A stretch of DNA of 64,000 nt from Flectonema sp. DT1601 (taxonomy: Eukaryota). The notes below the pieces were generated by a model. It worked only from the letters and a program-made list of their open reading frames with translations. It was not told where the DNA came from and did no database searches. The DNA is taken from the NCBI GenBank assembly GCA_964019425.1, contig OZ025787.1, forward strand, positions 310,001 through 374,000. Direction: 5' to 3'. The position numbers were made by a program, and so were the translations under genes. Within the stretch, counting starts at the first letter, position 1. Each line of letters opens with the position of its first letter. Below are positions 58,615-64,000 of the stretch, one piece after another.

Positions 58615-61600
58615 GTTTTTTTTAACTTTATAATAAAGCTGCAGGGAGAAACGAACATAAGGGATGGTCCTCAAATGAACAAACAAAAGAAACAATTAAA
58701 CACCAAAAGGAACAAAACTGAAAACACGTTTTATTCCTCAAACATGCTTCATTCATCTAAATACCAACAAGTTCAAAAAGTCCCACCGCACGAAGATAAA
58801 AAATACCAACCGATCGGTATCTCCGTCATCCTTTTTCACCACCACCACCGCCGACCATTCAACTTGGTATTCAGGTTCCCGAATTCACCTGTGAGAGGGA
58901 AATGAAATAGAGTAAACCAACAGCAATACCATTCGTTAAAACAATAAAAGTATTAATGATGTTAATAATAATAATAATAATAATATTTGAAGATCCGATA
59001 TCCAGATCTAACAAGATGTAAATAATAATAATAATAATAATAATAAACCTAAACTTGAACAACTGTTACATCTCACTATCAAATGCAACATACAATAAAA
59101 AATAGGGATTCGTGTGACGTAATCCCCCGAATACCTTTACCGATAACAAAAAAATGATATCGGATATACGTGCGCAGATGAAAACGACTGTTTGCGAGTG
59201 TTGTAATAACTAGAACAACAACATCGTTTACACAATACGTAGCGACAACAAAGGGGCAGAAACTGCAACTTCAAAATAACTAAAACAACCAATACAAGGG
59301 GGTTACAATTAAGGGAAAGGGAATACAGTATAAGTATGTGGACTTGTGTAGATGAGACGTGTCAATCAGGCAACCCAATTGACAAATAATACCAAAAGAT
59401 ACTGGGAAGTACAGAATACAAACTGTAACTTTCCACGACAAGCATTTGCAGGCAAAGAAGCAAAAATTGGTTTTGATGAAAAGCGTAATTGAGAAATGTG
59501 AAGCTACAACGGCACAATGAGAAGTGACCCAACACACAATCTCTGATACGAGGATTCGGAAAGTTACCAAACGAAGACGACAAAAAAGAAAGAACTTAAA
59601 AACATCGTCTTCAACTTTGACTACATTGTGAAATCCGTTAGTTTGTTAAATAAAAACTGTGTTTCTAACTCAAAACTGAAAAGGAGCTCTGAAGCTCCCT
59701 TAGCTTTAATAAAGAGTACAAAAAAACAAACAATACTAGGGGGTTACAATTAAGGGAAAGGGAATACAGTGTAAGTATGTGGACTTGTGTAGATGAGACG
59801 TGTCAATCAGGCAACCCAATTGACAAATAATACCAAAAGATACTGGGAAGTACAGATTACAAACTGTAACTTACCACGACAAGCATTTGCAGGCAAAGAA
59901 GCAAAAATTGGTTTTGATGAAAAGCATAATTGAGAAACGTGAAGACGACAGAAAAGAAAGAACTTAAAAGCATCGTCTTCAACTTTGACTAGTTTAGTTT
60001 AGTTTAGTTCTACATTGTGAAAACCGTTAGTTTGTTAAATAAAAACTGTGTTTCTAACTCAAAACTGGAAAGGAGCTCTGAAGCTCCCTTAGCTTTAATA
60101 AAGAGTACAAAAAAACAAACAATACTAGGGGGTTACAATTAAGGGAAAGGGAATACAGTGTAAGTATGTGGACGTGTGTAGATGAGACGTGTCAATCAGG
60201 CAACCCAATTGACAAATAATACCAAAAGATACTGGGAAGTACAGAATACAAACTGTAACTTTCCACGACAAGCATTTGCAGGCAAAGAAGCAAAAATTGG
60301 TTTTGATGAAAAGCGTAATTGAGAAATGTGAAGACGACAAAAAAGAAAGAACTTAAAAGCATCGTCTTCAACTTTGACTAGTTTAGTTTAGTTTAGTTCT
60401 ACATTGTGAAAACCGTTAGTTTGTTAAATAAAAACTGTGTTTCTAACTCAAAACTGATAAGGAGCTCTGAAGCTCCCTTAGCTTTAATAAAGAGTACAAA
60501 AAAACAAACAATACTAGGGGGTTACAATTAAGGGAAAGGGAATACAGTGTAAGTATGTGGACTTGTGTAGATGAGACGTGTCAATCAGGCAACCCAATTG
60601 ACAAATAATACCAAAAGATACTGGGAAGTACAGATTACAAACTGTAACTTACCACGACAAGCATTTGCAGGCAAAGAAGCAAAAATTGGTTTTGATGAAA
60701 AGCATAATTGAGAAACGTGAAGACGACAGAAAAGAAAGAACTTAAAAGCATCGTCTTCAACTTTGACTAGTTTAGTTTAGTTTAGTTCTACATTGTGAAA
60801 ACCGTTAGTTTGTTAAATAAAAACTGTGTTTCTAACTCAAAACTGATAAGGAGCTCTGAAGCTCCCTTAGCTTTAATAAAGAGTACAAAAAAACAAACAA
60901 TACTAGGGGGTTACAATTAAGGGAAAGGGAATACAGTGTAAGTATGTGGACGTGTGTAGATGAGACGTGTCAATCAGGCAACCCAATTGACAAATAATAC
61001 CAAAAGATACTGGGAAGTACAGAATACAAACTGTAACTTACCACGACAAGCATTTGCAGGCAAAGAAGCAAAAATTGGTTTTGATGAAAAGCGTAATTGA
61101 GAAATGTGAAGACGACAAAAAAGAAAGAACTTAAAAGCATCGTCTTCAACTTTGACTACATTGTGAAAACCGTTAGTTTGTTAAATAAAAACTGTGTTTC
61201 TAACTCAAGACTGAAAAGGAGCTCTGAAGCTCCCTTAGCTTTAATAAAGAGTACAAAAAAACAAACAATACTAGGGGGTTACAATTAAGGGAAAGGGAAT
61301 ACAGTGTAAGTATGTGGACTTGTGTAGATGAGACGTGTCAATCAGGCAACCCAATTGACAAATAATACCGATGCCGAAAACACATTGGCACATGACGTGT
61401 GTGAATAGGATGAGATGATCAGTGTGCCAATCAGTTAATCAACCCGATTGATAAATAATTAATAATATTGAGATACGAGATTAAATATAGCTGCTGCTAC
61501 TGAAGGACAGGAAGCGAGTGATGTACCAGCTGGTTACGCAAATAAAAGAAGAGAGGAAAATGAAGCTGCACGCTTGAAGAGATACAAGCAAGCGTTTGTG

Positions 61601-61634
61601 TAAAATAAAAATCACATCTACGGTCATCCTTTTA

Positions 61635-62443
61635 TCAAAAGAGCTGATAAAGTTCGAAACAGATTATCGAAACATTATAGAAAAATACAATCCAGCCGTA
61701 CGTCTCTTCATACTTGCCAAAAAAGAAAAAAACAATTTTCTCAAACAACGACCTGCCGAGAGACTGACCGACGCTGGAACACAGTTGAAACATGAAACCC
61801 GAAGGCGACAATGAACACCCTTCACAAGCAGATACCAATGCGGAGAGCACTGCATCCACTGACTCAGAAACCACAGTTTCAATTACGGTTCTGGTTGTCT
61901 CTTCCAAATCAGCATGACCGCTCCCCGCAGAAGCTGGATTTCCACCGACTAACAGCCGGTGTAGCACTCTCACAAGAAAGCCAAAAAGGCCAAATTCCCC
62001 CGCGAGGCACACCGATGCCTTTGCAAATTCACAAAAAAAAAGAAGGGTGGAAAACAAACCACCGCCTTCCATTCTCCCCGATGCCTCGTCGGAAGTGTCG
62101 TTCAACCACAATACCTCGAAGGATACAATGCCGAGCATGTTGCGTCGCTCAGCATCGTCCACGGCCTTCGAGAGTATGTGTGTTTCACTCTCGACACTCC
62201 AACCGAAAATCGACGAATTACCATGTTCGATCTCGTTCGTGGCGTTGGCATGATCCTGTTTTGATTTGAATTTGTTGGTAACTTGTTTTTTTTCAAAAAA
62301 ATAATGAAGCTGCTTCCAAAATAAGATAATAAATGAAATAAGAAACATACTTCATATTTTACCACGAAAGTGGCATTTTCTTCTCCTTTGACGCATACCA
62401 ACAAAATGCTGAGCATCGCTGCAGCAACGAAAAAGATGTTCAT
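61635..62443 (-). CDS. Second near-identical copy of the putative secreted glycoprotein gene
   Basis: Shifted 3829 bp from the 57806-58614 copy; identical exon translations. Confidence 0.55.
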
Positions 62444-64000
62444 GTTTTTTTTAACTTTATAATAAAGCTGCAGGGAGAAACGAACATAAGGGATGGTCCT
62501 CAAATGAACAAACAAAAGAAACAATTAAACTCCAAAAGGAACAAAACTGAAAACACGTTTTATTCCTCAAACATGCTTCATTCATCTAAATACCAACAAG
62601 TTCAAAAAGTCCCACCGCACGAAGATAAAAAATACCAACCGATCGGTATCTCCGTCATCCTTTTTCACCACCACCACCGCCGACCATTCAACTTGGTATT
62701 CAGGTTCCCGAATTCACCTGTGAGAGGGAAATGAAATAGAGTAAACCAACAGCAATACCATTCGTTAAAACAATAAAAGTATTAATGATGTTAATAATAA
62801 TAATAATAATAATATTTGAAGATCCGATATCCAGATCTAACAAGATGTAAATAATAATAATAATAATAATAATAAACCTAAACTTGAACAACTGTTACAT
62901 CTCACTATCAAATGCAACATACAATAAAAAATAGGGATTCGTGTGACGTAATCCCCCGAATACCTTTACCGATAACAAAAAAATGATATCGGATATACGT
63001 GCGCAGATGAAAACGACTGTTTGCGAGTGTTGTAATAACTAGAACAACAACATCGTTTACACAATACGTAGCGACAACAAAGGGGCAGAAACTGCAACTT
63101 CAAAATAACTAAAACAACCAATACAAGGGGGTTACAATTAAGGGAAAGGGAATACAGTATAAGTATGTGGACTTGTGTAGATGAGACGTGTCAATCAGGC
63201 AACCCAATTGACAAATAATACCAAAAGATACTGGGAAGTACAGAATACAAACTGTAACTTTCCACGACAAGCATTTGCAGGCAAAGAAGCAAAAATTGGT
63301 TTTGATGAAAAGCGTAATTGAGAAATGTGAAGCTACAACGGCACAATGAGAAGTGACCCAACACACAATCTCTGATACGAGGATTCGGAAAGTTACCAAA
63401 CGAAGACGACAAAAAAGAAAGAACTTAAAAACATCGTCTTCAACTTTGACTACATTGTGAAATCCGTTAGTTTGTTAAATAAAAACTGTGTTTCTAACTC
63501 AAAACTGATAAGGAGCTCTGAAGCTCCCTTAGCTTTAATAAAGAGTATAAAAAAACAAACAATACTAGGGGATTACAATTAAGGGAAAGGGAATACAGTG
63601 TAAGTATGTGGACTTGTGTAGATGAGACGTGTCAATCAGGCAACCCAATTGACAAATAATACCAAAAGATACTGGGAAGTACAGATTACAAACTGTAACT
63701 TACCACGACAAGCATTTGCAGGCAAAGAAGCAAAAATTGGTTTTGATGAAAAGCGTAATTGAGAAATGTGAAGACGACAAAAAAGAAAGAACTTAAAAGC
63801 ATCGTCTTCAACTTTGACTAGTTTAGTTTAGTTTAGTTTAGTTCTACATTGTGAAAACCGTTAGTATGTTATATAAAAACTGTGTTTCTAACTCAAAACT
63901 GGAAAGGAGCTCTGAAGCTCCCTTAGCTTTAATAAAGAGTACAAAAAAACAAACAATACTAGGGGGTTACAATTAAGGGAAAGGGAATACAGTGTAAGTA

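Larger units (their letters stand above)
51590..64000. repeat. Modular tandem array: 23 copies of a core beginning GGGG(G)TTACAATTAAG; unit lengths 368/389/394/441/714/1853 bp; higher-order repeats of 1544 and 3829 bp; runs off the window
   Basis: Core starts near 51603, 52044, 52433, 52874, 53263, 53652, 54041, 54755, 55196, 55585, 56299, 56688, 57077, 57445, 59298, 59739, 60128, 60517, 60906, 61274, 63127, 63568, 63962. Confidence 0.97.

Noticed and set aside
51585..63412. Repeated minus-strand ORFs MVTFRIL.../MSSSHF.../MSSSFG... (71-101 aa)
   Set aside because: Non-ATG starts, start positions vary with unit junctions, no domain motifs; by-products of the repeat.
51590..64000. CRISPR array or repeat-spacer system
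   Set aside because: Units are hundreds of bp, intervening modules recur rather than being unique spacers, there are no cas genes, and the context is eukaryotic.
1..64000. tRNA, rRNA or telomeric (TTAGGG)n sequences
   Set aside because: No cloverleaf, rRNA-like block or telomere tract recognised by eye; the (TTTAG)n insertions are only 3-4 copies.

Overview
AT-rich eukaryotic (protist) genomic DNA with many poly-A/T tracts. From 5.3 to 50.1 kb there are about 17 protein-coding genes, all on the minus strand. Most have a pyrimidine-rich AG shortly upstream of the ATG, and several have short GT-AG introns. This fits a euglenozoan-type polycistronic, trans-spliced cluster; the cis-introns and receptor cyclases point to a diplonemid-like organism (inference). 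Genes recognised by motif: two receptor-type class III nucleotide cyclases (one catalytically degenerate), FAM227/FWWh-like, NEF1-like membrane protein, EF-hand protein, Tctex1-family dynein light chain, SPATS1-like, two identical 66-aa ORFs, PHIP/BRWD-like WD40 + AT-hook protein, RRM protein with polyQ/polyH, Ser/Thr kinase and an importin-alpha lacking an IBB domain. The most notable gene encodes a probably lipid-anchored NLR-like protein (ankyrin - ADP-ribosyltransferase with intact R-S-ExE motifs - NACHT - pentapeptide - WD40). From about 50.1 kb to the window end lies a modular tandem array (23 copies of a core; 368/389/441/714/1853-bp spacings; 1544- and 3829-bp higher-order repeats). 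It appears built from pieces of a decayed, possibly BED-finger/hAT-like element and embeds three copies of a spliced signal-peptide glycoprotein gene, one a pseudogene with a swapped central segment. All family assignments are by eye from motifs; no searches were run.
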